A stretch of 61,587 nt of DNA, filler included, from Candidatus Woesearchaeota archaeon (GCA_023266675.1; 4 parts of 4 records of this genome joined end to end with filler, not necessarily neighbours in it); one strand, 5' to 3'; positions 28,742-38,404 are shown, numbered from the whole stretch's first letter. Made by a program: numbers and translations. The notes: generated from the sequence alone by a model not told the origin.

Positions 28742-29575
28742 TTAGTCTTTTATCCTTTGAAGTTGTGCAAATATCATTTGATTGCCTTTTTTATCTTTAT
28801 TGTCAGTATATACTTCAGGCATAGAATATATTGCATATCTTCCATCTAAACATAAATCTTGTAAAAATTTTAAAAGAGTTGAGAAAACTAAACTTTTATG
28901 GTCATTTTTAAGTTGCTCTACTTTTGCGCCACCTAAAATTTTAGTAGCAATTGTATTAATATTTTTGTCTCTTGTTGCGAATGTCATAGATATAATTCCT
29001 TTTTTCTTTACAAGATTTTTTTCAACAGTTTTTGACACTAAGCCTTTATATATTGAAAATGTTTCACACATATCAAAATCAGCATGAGCAAGTGAATCTG
29101 AATCCAAATAATTAAGATGTTCTCTAACAGAATAAGGGTAAAGGTGCAATTTTAAATTAAACTCTTTTGTTTTTCTTTTAATTTCATTTATTGCTTTTGG
29201 ACAATTTTCGTTGCCAAGAAATGTAAAATTATTGTTTGGAATTAATCTATTTATTCTAAAAACATCATCACAAGTTTGGCTGGGCATAAAAAATAAAAAA
29301 CCTTCTATAATTCCTGAATCTAAATAAGAAAATGTTTTTTTATCTCTTATTCTATCTTTCTCTTTTCCTTCAGTATTTTTAAATTTAAAATTTGCTTCTG
29401 CATTTTTCTTTCTTGTTATCCAAGCCTTATTTGCTCTGTCAGAAAGTTCTTTTTTGCGTTTTTCAATTTCAATATCTTTAGACCGTAAAACTATTTCTGA
29501 GTTTTTTCGTCTTGTTGCCCATGCTTTATTTGCTATATCAGAAAGTTCTTGCTTACTTTTTTGTAGGTTTTTCAT
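28742..29575 (-). CDS. Protein with tandem ANKAWxTR repeats and a possible Rossmann/methyltransferase-like domain
   Basis: ELSDIANKAWATRRKN and ELSDRANKAWITRKKN; later HADFDMC and GIISMTF. Confidence 0.6.
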   Translation of the reverse strand: MKNLQKSKQELSDIANKAWATRRKNSEIVLRSKDIEIEKRKKELSDRANKAWITRKKNAEANFKFKNTEGKEKDRIRDKKTFSYLDSGIIEGFLFFMPSQTCDDVFRINRLIPNNNFTFLGNENCPKAINEIKRKTKEFNLKLHLYPYSVREHLNYLDSDSLAHADFDMCETFSIYKGLVSKTVEKNLVKKKGIISMTFATRDKNINTIATKILGGAKVEQLKNDHKSLVFSTLLKFLQDLCLDGRYAIYSMPEVYTDNKDKKGNQMIFAQLQRIKD

Positions 29576-29630
29576 TTTCGATAAGTTGTTTTTAGTTATA
29601 TACTTATAGGTCAAATAAAAGAAAAAAAAG

Positions 29631-29658
29631 AAAGGGAGAGGTTTAAAATTCTCCCTTT
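29631..29658 (-). terminator. Intrinsic terminator-like hairpin
   Basis: AAAGGGAGA...TCTCCCTTT directly after the gene stop and followed by the repeat T-tract. Confidence 0.7.
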
Positions 29659-29662
29659 ATAT

Positions 29663-30460
29663 TTAAGCGGCTACTCTTAAATAAGTGCCTTCGTAGATGG
29701 CTTTTAATTGATTTGCAATACCACTTTCATCGTTACCTAAATCTTCAACAGTTGCCCTACAAAGATTTGCAATAAATAAACCAATACTAAATTTTTCAGT
29801 GTTTAATATTAACAATACAAGTTTTTCTTGATATTGACGTGTTTTTGGAAGTGTATTATTAGATGAATAACAATTTTTTATTGCATTAATTGTTTCATTT
29901 GCTTTTTTATTCACAATTTTAAATTCGCCACTTTTAATATCTGCGCTTACATCTTTTCTGCTTTTTAAACTGAAAATCATTGGCAAAACACTACTGGTTA
30001 CTATTTTGCCTTTCAATGCTTCTGCTAATATTATATAGTCTTTTTTACCCTCTTTTACGCTTTGTTTAACATACTCTAATAAAGCCCACGGTTTTTGTGT
30101 ATTATTTAATGTTCGCATTGCTGCAGACTTGTCCTTACCATTATATACAATACAATAAATTTCAGATTGTTTTGTTTCTCTACTACCTTTAAAAAGATGT
30201 TGCCCATCTAAAATAATATATTTATTTGTTTTTATATCAAATGTAACAACAGGACAACGCAATAAACCCAAAAGCTGCAAACTAATAGACATTTTTTTAA
30301 TATGACTACTATTGGAATCTCTATTTGTTTTATCAAATTGTAAAATTCCATCTTCTTTTATAAATTCTGAATATGGAACTGCAAGAATTAATAAATTAAA
30401 AAGTTTAAACAAAGTTGTTTCTAAAATTTTACCGAATTTAATTGTTTTGATAGTTTTCAT
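29663..30460 (-). CDS. ParB/Srx-like N-terminal domain protein
   Basis: NRD..SHIKKM..S...G...P.V...YIILDGQHL, then LNNTQKPW. Confidence 0.7.
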   Translation of the reverse strand: MKTIKTIKFGKILETTLFKLFNLLILAVPYSEFIKEDGILQFDKTNRDSNSSHIKKMSISLQLLGLLRCPVVTFDIKTNKYIILDGQHLFKGSRETKQSEIYCIVYNGKDKSAAMRTLNNTQKPWALLEYVKQSVKEGKKDYIILAEALKGKIVTSSVLPMIFSLKSRKDVSADIKSGEFKIVNKKANETINAIKNCYSSNNTLPKTRQYQEKLVLLILNTEKFSIGLFIANLCRATVEDLGNDESGIANQLKAIYEGTYLRVAA

Positions 30461-30923
30461 AATGTTGTGGTTTTTAGTTTGTTTATATTATTATAGGTCA
30501 GAGAAAAGAAAAAAAAGAAAATTTCTAAATTTAGAATTTTTATATATCTTGTTTTCTTTTCATATTATTATAGGTCAGACAAAACAAAAAAAAGAAAATA
30601 CTTTCAGCCTGAACAAAAATATAACATACCAAAATATAAGGCAGGAGTGGATTAACCCTGACCCTTTTCGGTGGTCGACTCAAGTTGTAAACTTTCTGTC
30701 TTACATTATTATAGGTCAGAGAAAAGAAAAAAAAGAAAAGGAAAAAGAGAAATAAATCCCTTTGCCCATCCAAGCGGTTAACCACTCCGCAAACCAAAAC
30801 TAAAACTAAACCAACCAAAAAAAACTATTTAATGTGTCATTGTGAGGTTCAATGTGCAAACAACCGCCCCGTTTGCATTGGGACAACCTGTAAAAATCAG
30901 GTTTCACAATATTTTTAAGCAAC

Positions 30924-31070
30924 TTATTTTCTTATACTTAAAGCTGCATTATATTTTTTTTCATATTCTTCTGCTATTAACGGATAACCTTCTTTTAATC
31001 TGTCCAACGTAGGCAAAACATCATTAACTGTCTTTGAGCCCGTTTTAAGTCCGATTAATAAACCTGTCAT
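30924..31070 (-). CDS. Hypothetical protein, possibly 5' truncated
   Basis: Manual translation MTGLLIGLKTG...NAALSIRK at the contig edge. Confidence 0.45.
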   Translation of the reverse strand: MTGLLIGLKTGSKTVNDVLPTLDRLKEGYPLIAEEYEKKYNAALSIRK

Positions 31071-31073
31071 TTT

Positions 31074-31173
31074 NNNNNNNNNNNNNNNNNNNNNNNNNNN
31101 NNNNNNNNNNNNNNNNNTTAATTAATTAANNNNNNNNNNNNNNNNNNNNNNNNNNNNNNNNNNNNNNNNNNNN
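31074..31173. other. Artificial contig linker
   Basis: N44-TTAATTAATTAA-N44. Confidence 0.98.
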
Positions 31174-31183
31174 TTTTAGTGGG

Positions 31184-34100
31184 GTGCTTCTAAATTATTC
31201 AGCAATACCTGGAATTTCAATATCGCAGGAAAATGGAACATATCTTCTAAATTTATTATCAAACGGAACTGTATGGATTAACATTACTGTATACAAAAAT
31301 TCTTCATATGCAAATGAGATGGCTGATTTCAGCTCCAGAGGACCTGTTACATGGGGAAGTAAAAAAATAATAAAACCAGATATTACTGCGCCTGGTGTAA
31401 GCATTTGTGCAGCAGAATGGGCAAATGCATGGAGTGATAGCAGATGCATTGATTCAATGCACGTTTCAATATCAGGTACATCAATGGCAACACCACATGT
31501 TGCAGGATTAATAGCATTAATCAAGCAGAAAAATCCGACATGGACGCCTCAGGAAATAAAAAACGCGTTAAAAAATACAGCAGTTAATCTTGGATACGAC
31601 CATAACACTCAAGGGTATGGACGAGTCAATGCGACAGCAGTAATAACACTTACAGAAAAACCACCAGTAGCAACGCTTGACGCAATAGACTATTCAAGAA
31701 CAACTTTCAATATCAGCGGAAGCGCGTCTGCTTCATCTTTTACAAATTATTCATTATATTATGGAGTTGGAACTGAACCTTCAACATTTTTTCTTATATC
31801 AATTTCAAACCAAAGTGTGGCAAATGGAAATTTATATGCCAATTTTAATTCATTAACTCTTCCAAATGCAACTTATACAATAAAATTGATTACAAACACA
31901 ACAAATAATGTTGTCAGTGAAGACAGAGTACTTATAATAGTTAATACAACTACAACTCCTCCTTATTTTATAACTAACAACACGTTAAACTTAGAATACT
32001 ATTATCCATTAAATTATGATATAAACGCAACAGGAACAAATAATATAAACATGATTTACAGTATTAACAACTCGAATTTTAACATAAATTCTTCATCTGG
32101 TGTAATCACTAATACTTCTCTTCTTTCTTTAGGAAATTACAGCATGCAGCTTAACGTCACTGACACAGTAAACGTTAACAGTACAACATTTACTATAATT
32201 GTGGCAGACACGCTTAATCCAAATTTTTCAGAAGCAGTTCAAAATCAATATTTAGAATACAATTCAAATTTTTACTATGACATAAACGCAACTGACCAGA
32301 ACGGAAGAATAACTAGCAGCATTGTTTACACAATAAATAATTCTACAAATTTCACTATTAACCAATCAACAGGTATGATAACTAATATATCCTTTCTTGA
32401 ATTAGGCAATTTTCCGTTAACTATTTTTATAAACGACACAAGAAACCATATTTCAAATCAATCTTTTACTATTTTTGTAAATGATACAATACTTCCACAT
32501 TTTACGAATCTTTCAATAATTCATTATGTGGAGTTTGGAAACAATTTTTATTATGATGTCAATGGAACAGACAATTATCCTTCACTAGCAACTTATTCTA
32601 TTAATTCAAGTATTTTCACAATAAACCAAACTACTGGCGTAATCGTAAACAATTCATACCTAAACATAGGCATGTACTCATTAAACTTAACAATCACTGA
32701 TTACTCAAATAATAGAAACAGTTCAATCATAACGATAAATGTTTCAGATACAATTGCACCAATAATAAATGATACAAAAACAAATCTGACAATAAGTTTT
32801 GGAAGTGACGGGGGAATATTTTTAATGTGGAATAACGATACGCAAGTTGAACAATTCTCATATAATCTGTACAAAACAAATAGCAATATATTCACGTTGC
32901 CGCTAAATATTTCTCTAAAAATATTATCAAACACAACGTTACTTAATTACACTGACAATTCAAGTAAAGAAAAAAACTTAACTTATTTTTATGTATTAAC
33001 AGAGACAGACAGTCATGGAAATGAAAACTTGAGCGCAATAACTGCAGTACTTAACTTAACTACTCCTTTGGACTGCTCAAATGATTATGATATTCTTGGC
33101 TCTTTTAGCGCATGTGTTTCAGGAAGCAAATCAAGAACAAACACTAGAATTTGTTACATACTTAATGGAACAACTACAAATCCAATACCTGAAACAGCAT
33201 CATGTACCAGTGGCGGGAGTAGTGGAGGCTCTCCTGGAGGAAGTAGCGGTGCAGCTACAGGGTCAGCAAGCGAACTTTCCAGCATATCATCAACACTTCC
33301 AGAATTAAAGTCTGACACACCAACAAGTGTAAGCATTGATAACTCAGCAACAGGACTTTACGAGGCAGAAGTAAATGTTGCTGAGAACATTCAAAACATT
33401 AAATTCACTTTTTCAAAAATAGACACGCTTCCTGAAGGAACATCTTCACCAAAAGAATCAGAGAAAGTTTTCAAATACATAGAAATAAAGATGTCATCAG
33501 ATAAAGACAAAGTCAAGCAGGCAAATCTGAAGTTCAAGATAGAAAAAACCTGGATTACACAAAATAATATTGATAAAAATAACGTTAGACTGTTCAGATT
33601 CACAAAACAGTGGGATGAACTCTTAACAAAAGTAACAAACGAAGACCAAACATATGTTTACATGGAAGCAGAAACACCAGGATTCAGTTTTTTTAAGATA
33701 TCCACAATCCAAACCAATCAATCAATTCATCAAAAAAATACAGAAGACGAAAAAACACCAAATGTTTCATTGCCACAAAACATAATAATTAAACCAGAAT
33801 CAGAAGAAAATAAAAACGAAACAATGTTCGTTAAAAATACCTCATTAAAAAATAATTTATTTCAAAAAAATAAATCATATACTTCTATTTTCATAATCTT
33901 ATCAATATTGATTTCCTCAGGAATAATATTCTTTATAGTGGAAAAACACAAGCATACAATTGTAAAATCAATAATAAATGAGGAAAGATATTCCAAAATA
34001 CTGGATTCATTTTTTGAAAAAGCAAGAGAGCATGGAGTAAGCGCGGAAATTGTAAAGCAAAAACTACTTGATAAAGGATGGAACAGGGAGAGGGTTTTGG

Positions 34101-34246
34101 AAGCATACAACAAAGCAAAAACCATTTCTCAAGCAGCAAAAGAACCGGAGAAAGCGCAAGAGCCAGAAAAAACAGATGCAGAATCTAAAAAACTAAGGCA
34201 TAAATTACTGCATAAACTGATGCCTCACAGAAAAAGGATAAAATAA
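31184..34246 (+). CDS. Membrane-anchored S8 subtilase, 5' truncated, with cadherin/Ig-like repeats and a PGF-pre-PGF domain
   Basis: FSSRGP, KPDITAPG, SGTSMATPHVAG; repeated YDINAT/FTINQSTG; ETPGFSFF; C-terminal TM; catalytic Asp/His region missing. Confidence 0.88.
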   Translation: MLLNYSAIPGISISQENGTYLLNLLSNGTVWINITVYKNSSYANEMADFSSRGPVTWGSKKIIKPDITAPGVSICAAEWANAWSDSRCIDSMHVSISGTSMATPHVAGLIALIKQKNPTWTPQEIKNALKNTAVNLGYDHNTQGYGRVNATAVITLTEKPPVATLDAIDYSRTTFNISGSASASSFTNYSLYYGVGTEPSTFFLISISNQSVANGNLYANFNSLTLPNATYTIKLITNTTNNVVSEDRVLIIVNTTTTPPYFITNNTLNLEYYYPLNYDINATGTNNINMIYSINNSNFNINSSSGVITNTSLLSLGNYSMQLNVTDTVNVNSTTFTIIVADTLNPNFSEAVQNQYLEYNSNFYYDINATDQNGRITSSIVYTINNSTNFTINQSTGMITNISFLELGNFPLTIFINDTRNHISNQSFTIFVNDTILPHFTNLSIIHYVEFGNNFYYDVNGTDNYPSLATYSINSSIFTINQTTGVIVNNSYLNIGMYSLNLTITDYSNNRNSSIITINVSDTIAPIINDTKTNLTISFGSDGGIFLMWNNDTQVEQFSYNLYKTNSNIFTLPLNISLKILSNTTLLNYTDNSSKEKNLTYFYVLTETDSHGNENLSAITAVLNLTTPLDCSNDYDILGSFSACVSGSKSRTNTRICYILNGTTTNPIPETASCTSGGSSGGSPGGSSGAATGSASELSSISSTLPELKSDTPTSVSIDNSATGLYEAEVNVAENIQNIKFTFSKIDTLPEGTSSPKESEKVFKYIEIKMSSDKDKVKQANLKFKIEKTWITQNNIDKNNVRLFRFTKQWDELLTKVTNEDQTYVYMEAETPGFSFFKISTIQTNQSIHQKNTEDEKTPNVSLPQNIIIKPESEENKNETMFVKNTSLKNNLFQKNKSYTSIFIILSILISSGIIFFIVEKHKHTIVKSIINEERYSKILDSFFEKAREHGVSAEIVKQKLLDKGWNRERVLEAYNKAKTISQAAKEPEKAQEPEKTDAESKKLRHKLLHKLMPHRKRIK

Positions 34247-34372
34247 ACAGATAACTTTAAAAAACACAAAAAACGTCAGATTTTTATATATGTAACTTAA
34301 AACGAGCATTAAAGATATGGGGGATTATATATGACAACAAAATCAAGGGAAAATTTAGAGGATAAAAACACG

Positions 34373-35116
34373 ATGAAACTCACACTTGCAGAGCCAAAAT
34401 ACCTAAAGGAAAGCGTAAGTATAATATCAGACCTTGTGAACGAAGCAAGGTTTCTTGTGCGAAAAAATGCAGTTGAATTAATAGCAATGGATCCTGCAAA
34501 TGTTGCAATGGTAATATTCAAACTTTTATCTTCAAGCTTTGTTGAATACAAAGTTGAAAAAGAAACCGAGATAGCAATAAACTTAACAAGTTTAAAACAG
34601 GTTTTAAAAAGGTCAAAGCCGTCAGATATGATATCACTTGAACTTGAGGAAAATAAACTAAAAATATTACTTAAAGGTGTAACAACAAGAACGTTCTTTC
34701 TTCCAATAATTGAGCTTGAAGAAAACTCGCAAAAAATTCCTGATTTGAAGTTTCCCGTGACAATCCAGATGCAGTCATCAATGCTTGTTGACGCAATAGA
34801 AGATGTTGACATAGTTGCAGAATCTGTAAGTTTCATTGCTGAGAAATCAAAATTCATGATTTCAGCAGAAGGAGACCTTTCAAAGGCAAAAATTGAGATA
34901 AGCGAGGATGAACAGACAAAAATACTCTCTGAAGCAGCAGGTCAAGTTAAAGCAAAGTACTCAATTGAATACCTGAAGAAGATGATACAGGGCGCAAAGA
35001 TATCTGACGACGTAACAATACAGTTCTCAAAAGACTACCCGCTAAAGCTTGAATTCAAGGCAATGAACAAAGTCCAAATAGCATTCATCCTTGCGCCAAG
35101 AGTCGAGAACGACTAA
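34373..35116 (+). CDS. pcn: PCNA sliding clamp
   Basis: AMDPANVAMV, KYSIEYL, DYPL, FILAPRVE; start placed at MKLTL after GAGGA. Confidence 0.96.
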   Translation: MKLTLAEPKYLKESVSIISDLVNEARFLVRKNAVELIAMDPANVAMVIFKLLSSSFVEYKVEKETEIAINLTSLKQVLKRSKPSDMISLELEENKLKILLKGVTTRTFFLPIIELEENSQKIPDLKFPVTIQMQSSMLVDAIEDVDIVAESVSFIAEKSKFMISAEGDLSKAKIEISEDEQTKILSEAAGQVKAKYSIEYLKKMIQGAKISDDVTIQFSKDYPLKLEFKAMNKVQIAFILAPRVEND

Positions 35117-35200
35117 ATCTTTTTAATCTTTTATTTTTTTATAATTTTATTTTCTCTAAATCATTAAATTAATATAATACATCCAAAAGAAATACTCCTT

Positions 35201-35893
35201 ATGGAATCAAATGTAGATTTTGCAGAGATACTTGAATCATTTTTAAAAGCAGAAGGTGATAATTATTTTTTTCTGTCAGAAAAACTTATAGTTCAGACTA
35301 GCAAAGTATCAAAAGAAATTTTGCAGGAATTAAAAGAAAAGGGATTCACACCTTTACCTCACCGTTCAAAAGAGTTTGACTTTAAGGTAAAAGAAGGATT
35401 TGTCTACGAAATAACTGACCAGAAAGTTGCAGAGAAATTCTTTGAGGCAGTAACTCACAAAAATCCTAAAAAAACCTTTGACGAACTAATAGCTGAAACT
35501 AACTTATCAAATAGTTTCAACGATTACAGAAAAAAGATTTTCTCAGATACTCTAATAAATTGGATGGGAAAAAACAGCATCTCTCTTCCAGGACAGGTTT
35601 TAATACCAAAAATTGAAATCATCATTGCAGACAAAAAATCAATTCCTGATGAAATGCTTGCACTAATGCCAAAATCATGCAATAAATGCAAGAACACAGT
35701 AGGATTATCGCCTTTATACTTCAAATCAAACGTTTCAATCGATAACGTTCTCATGGAAAATGAGCTCAAAAAACTTTTTCTTGAAAAAGGGGTAGAACAT
35801 TATAATTTTCTTGGAGAAACAAAAAAGGATTTGTTATCAACATGTAAATGTCAAAAGTGCGGTAGTACAGACATAAATTGGGACTTTAACTAA
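35201..35893 (+). CDS. Hypothetical protein with C-terminal Cys pairs
   Basis: CNKC and CQKCGS. Confidence 0.6.
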   Translation: MESNVDFAEILESFLKAEGDNYFFLSEKLIVQTSKVSKEILQELKEKGFTPLPHRSKEFDFKVKEGFVYEITDQKVAEKFFEAVTHKNPKKTFDELIAETNLSNSFNDYRKKIFSDTLINWMGKNSISLPGQVLIPKIEIIIADKKSIPDEMLALMPKSCNKCKNTVGLSPLYFKSNVSIDNVLMENELKKLFLEKGVEHYNFLGETKKDLLSTCKCQKCGSTDINWDFN

Positions 35894-36546
35894 AAATCCT
35901 TTCCTTTCCATTCTTTATAGAATCTGTTTAGAAATTCAAGCATAAACTTATGCCTTTCTTTTGCAATTTTCTTTGCAGTTTTTGTATTCATCATATCTTT
36001 TAACAAAAGAAGTTTTTCATAAAAATGATTTATTGTAGGACCGCTGTTTTTTTTGTATTCTTCAAATGAATTATGTACTTCAGGTTTGATGTTTGGATTA
36101 TAAATTTCCCTATTTTTATGTCCGCCATATGCAAATGTTCTTGCTACGCCAATTGCTCCGATAGCATCAAGCCTGTCCGCATCCTGAACAACCATTCCTT
36201 CCTTGCTGCTCATTTTCGTTTTTACGCAGCTTCCCTTAAATGAAACTTCTTTGGTTATTTTGCAAACATGAGAAATTATTTTCTCATCAACTCTCATCTT
36301 TATTAGCCATTCTCTCGCAAGCCTTGGACCAACATCATCATCGCCATCATTAAACTTCCAGTCGGATATATCATGGAGAAGAGCTGCAAGTGAAACTACA
36401 AATAAATCAGCGCCTTCTTTTTTCCCAATATAAACAGCATTTTTCCAAACGCGATAAACATGCCACCAATCATGGCCAGAGCCTTCACCGGATAATTTAT
36501 TCTTAATATGCTCTTTTGTTTTTTTAAGAACCTCTTTTTTATTCAT
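35890..36546 (-). CDS. HD-domain phosphohydrolase
   Basis: GHDWWHVYRV, LLHD, QDADRLDAIGA, HFYEKLL. Confidence 0.92.
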   Translation of the reverse strand: MNKKEVLKKTKEHIKNKLSGEGSGHDWWHVYRVWKNAVYIGKKEGADLFVVSLAALLHDISDWKFNDGDDDVGPRLAREWLIKMRVDEKIISHVCKITKEVSFKGSCVKTKMSSKEGMVVQDADRLDAIGAIGVARTFAYGGHKNREIYNPNIKPEVHNSFEEYKKNSGPTINHFYEKLLLLKDMMNTKTAKKIAKERHKFMLEFLNRFYKEWKGKDF

Positions 36547-36609
36547 GAAAAAATAAAGAATGATTATGAAATATAAACCTTTTGTAGAAAACTTAGAATA
36601 ACAATACTA

Positions 36610-37470
36610 TCATTTCTTAAAAACTTTTTTTATATTGTATCCTATTGACAAAAAGAACTCTGCAAAATCAGGATTTATCATCCTTGAATTCTTGTTTAAC
36701 CCGTCAATTAATGCAGCGTCTTCTTTTTTTAGCTTGAAATCAAAAACATTAAGGTTTTCTTTTAGATGTTCAAAACTGCTAGCTTTTGGTATTACAATAA
36801 TATTTTTGTCAATCATCCATCTAAGCGTTGTCTGCCCTGGGGTCTTATTGTATTTTTTTGCCACGTCAATTATTGTTTTGTCATCATTAACTTTTCCTCT
36901 TGAAAGAGGAGAATAAGCTGTAACGACTATGCCATTCTTCTTGCAATAACTCAAAAGTTCTTTTTGGTTAAGGTATGGATGAAACTCAACCTGATTAACA
37001 CTTATTGGAATACTGCATACTCTTTTTGCTTCTTCAAGATGTCCAACTGTGAAGTTTGATACACCAATCGCCCTGACTTTTCCTTCGTCATAAAGTTTTT
37101 TTAGCGCTTCAAAAGTTTCCTTGAAATGAATGCTTTTGTTAGGCCAGTGTATTAAATATAAGTCGATATAGTTCGTTTCAAGTTCTTCAAGCGCACGCTT
37201 GCATGAAGAGAGCACATTATCATATTTTAAATTATCATACCAGACTTTTGTTGTTATGAAAAGTTTTTTTCTGTCAGTCCCATGAATCGCTTTTGCAATC
37301 TCTTTATGATTGCCGTAGAAGTCTGCAGTGTCAATGTGAGTGTATCCAAGCAGAATTGCGTCTCTGACAGCTCTTTCACAAGTTTTACCTGTAAGCTGCC
37401 ATGTGCCAAGGCCAATAACTGGCATTTCAACGTCGTTGTTTAGCTTGATATTTGGAATCTCAACTTTCAT
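36610..37470 (-). CDS. Aldo/keto reductase
   Basis: GLGTW, IDTADFY, DLYLIHWP, IGVSNF, IPKAS; start at MKVEIP. Confidence 0.93.
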   Translation of the reverse strand: MKVEIPNIKLNNDVEMPVIGLGTWQLTGKTCERAVRDAILLGYTHIDTADFYGNHKEIAKAIHGTDRKKLFITTKVWYDNLKYDNVLSSCKRALEELETNYIDLYLIHWPNKSIHFKETFEALKKLYDEGKVRAIGVSNFTVGHLEEAKRVCSIPISVNQVEFHPYLNQKELLSYCKKNGIVVTAYSPLSRGKVNDDKTIIDVAKKYNKTPGQTTLRWMIDKNIIVIPKASSFEHLKENLNVFDFKLKKEDAALIDGLNKNSRMINPDFAEFFLSIGYNIKKVFKK

Positions 37471-37584
37471 AATATAATTAATGTCTATATCTATTAAAAA
37501 GCTTTTGTTTATAACATCCACATATAACTTTATAAAAAACAAAAATAAGTTATTATAAATTCTTATAAAAATCGAATTATTAAA

Positions 37585-38310
37585 ATGAGAAAATACATCA
37601 AAGAACTTGAGAATGAATTAGGAAGAAACATCGACTTGAAATATAAAGATGGTGCTATTCGCTTTTTTAAAGAAGAAGTAAATCCACTTGGTGTCCGTAC
37701 AGGAAAAGTTAGAAAAATAGCATTAATATTTTATTCAGAAAACAAAAACAAGTTTTCTAAAGAAGATTGGATAACTTTATGCGAAGCTTTATGGCAGGAG
37801 AAAATAGGCGGTAAATCAGTTTCTTGTTTTGAATACGGAATAATTATCAATCAAATTTTAAAAAAACTAGTGAAAAATTTAGAAAAAAAAGATTTCTACA
37901 TCTTTGAAAAATGGATTGATAAATATGTTACCAACTGGGCTCACTGCGATATATTATGTGCAGGAATAATTGGTGAAATAATCAGAAAATATCCAATTCT
38001 AACAAATGAAACACTAACATGGGTTAAATCAAAAAATCGTTGGAAGAAACGGGCATCAGCTGTTTGCTATATCAAACTTTCTATAGAAAAAAAGTTTTTA
38101 CCAACAATTTTTAAAACATCAAAATTATTGATTAATGAGAGTGACGACCTTGTGCAGAAGGGATACGGCTGGGCACTAAAAGACGCGTCAAAAAATTATA
38201 AAAAAGAAGTAATTGAATTCTTATTAAAAAATAAAAACATGCCAAGAACAGCACTTCGATACGCATGCGAAAGACTTTCTAAAGAAGAAAAAGAAAAAAT
38301 ATTATATTAG
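37585..38310 (+). CDS. AlkD-like DNA alkylation repair protein
   Basis: LGVR, NWAHCD, RWKKR, DLVQKGYGWALK. Confidence 0.85.
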   Translation: MRKYIKELENELGRNIDLKYKDGAIRFFKEEVNPLGVRTGKVRKIALIFYSENKNKFSKEDWITLCEALWQEKIGGKSVSCFEYGIIINQILKKLVKNLEKKDFYIFEKWIDKYVTNWAHCDILCAGIIGEIIRKYPILTNETLTWVKSKNRWKKRASAVCYIKLSIEKKFLPTIFKTSKLLINESDDLVQKGYGWALKDASKNYKKEVIEFLLKNKNMPRTALRYACERLSKEEKEKILY

Positions 38311-38404
38311 TTTCTACTTAAAAATAGTAATCTTTAAATAAAACGTTCCAATTTTTTACAATATTAATTATTTTCAACAAAAAGTGGTGAAGGGGGAATT
38401 AAAA

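Larger units (their letters stand above)
15901..30737 (-). repeat. 29 dispersed copies of a 28-nt intergenic element (+ strand TATAGGTCA-N15-AGAA), probable promoter
   Basis: Copies start at 15901,16347,16877,17150,17687,18715,19215,19521,20393,20916,21357,21707,22156,22792,23125,23436,23826,24433,24760,25148,25703,26087,26638,27401,27932,29605,30492,30569,30710; degenerate copy near 26320. Confidence 0.97.
15678..31073 (-). mobile_element. Phage/virus-like contig: unidirectional array of small genes
   Basis: About 35 short co-oriented ORFs, no housekeeping genes, A-rich SD-less leaders unlike the archaeal contigs; no capsid or terminase seen. Confidence 0.65.

Noticed and set aside
16135..29614. 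Recurrent MTYN/MTYK N-termini in the ORF track as a shared peptide tag
   Set aside because: They are translations of TTG-ACC-TAT-AAN inside the repeat; a downstream ATG exists in each case and many units are out of frame with it
15901..30737. CRISPR array interpretation of the 28-nt repeats
   Set aside because: Intervening sequences range from 49 to about 1650 nt and are whole genes, the repeat middle varies, and no cas genes are present
15901..30737. Classical integron attC sites
   Set aside because: No RYYYAAC/GTTRRRY ends, no imperfect palindrome and no IntI on the contig
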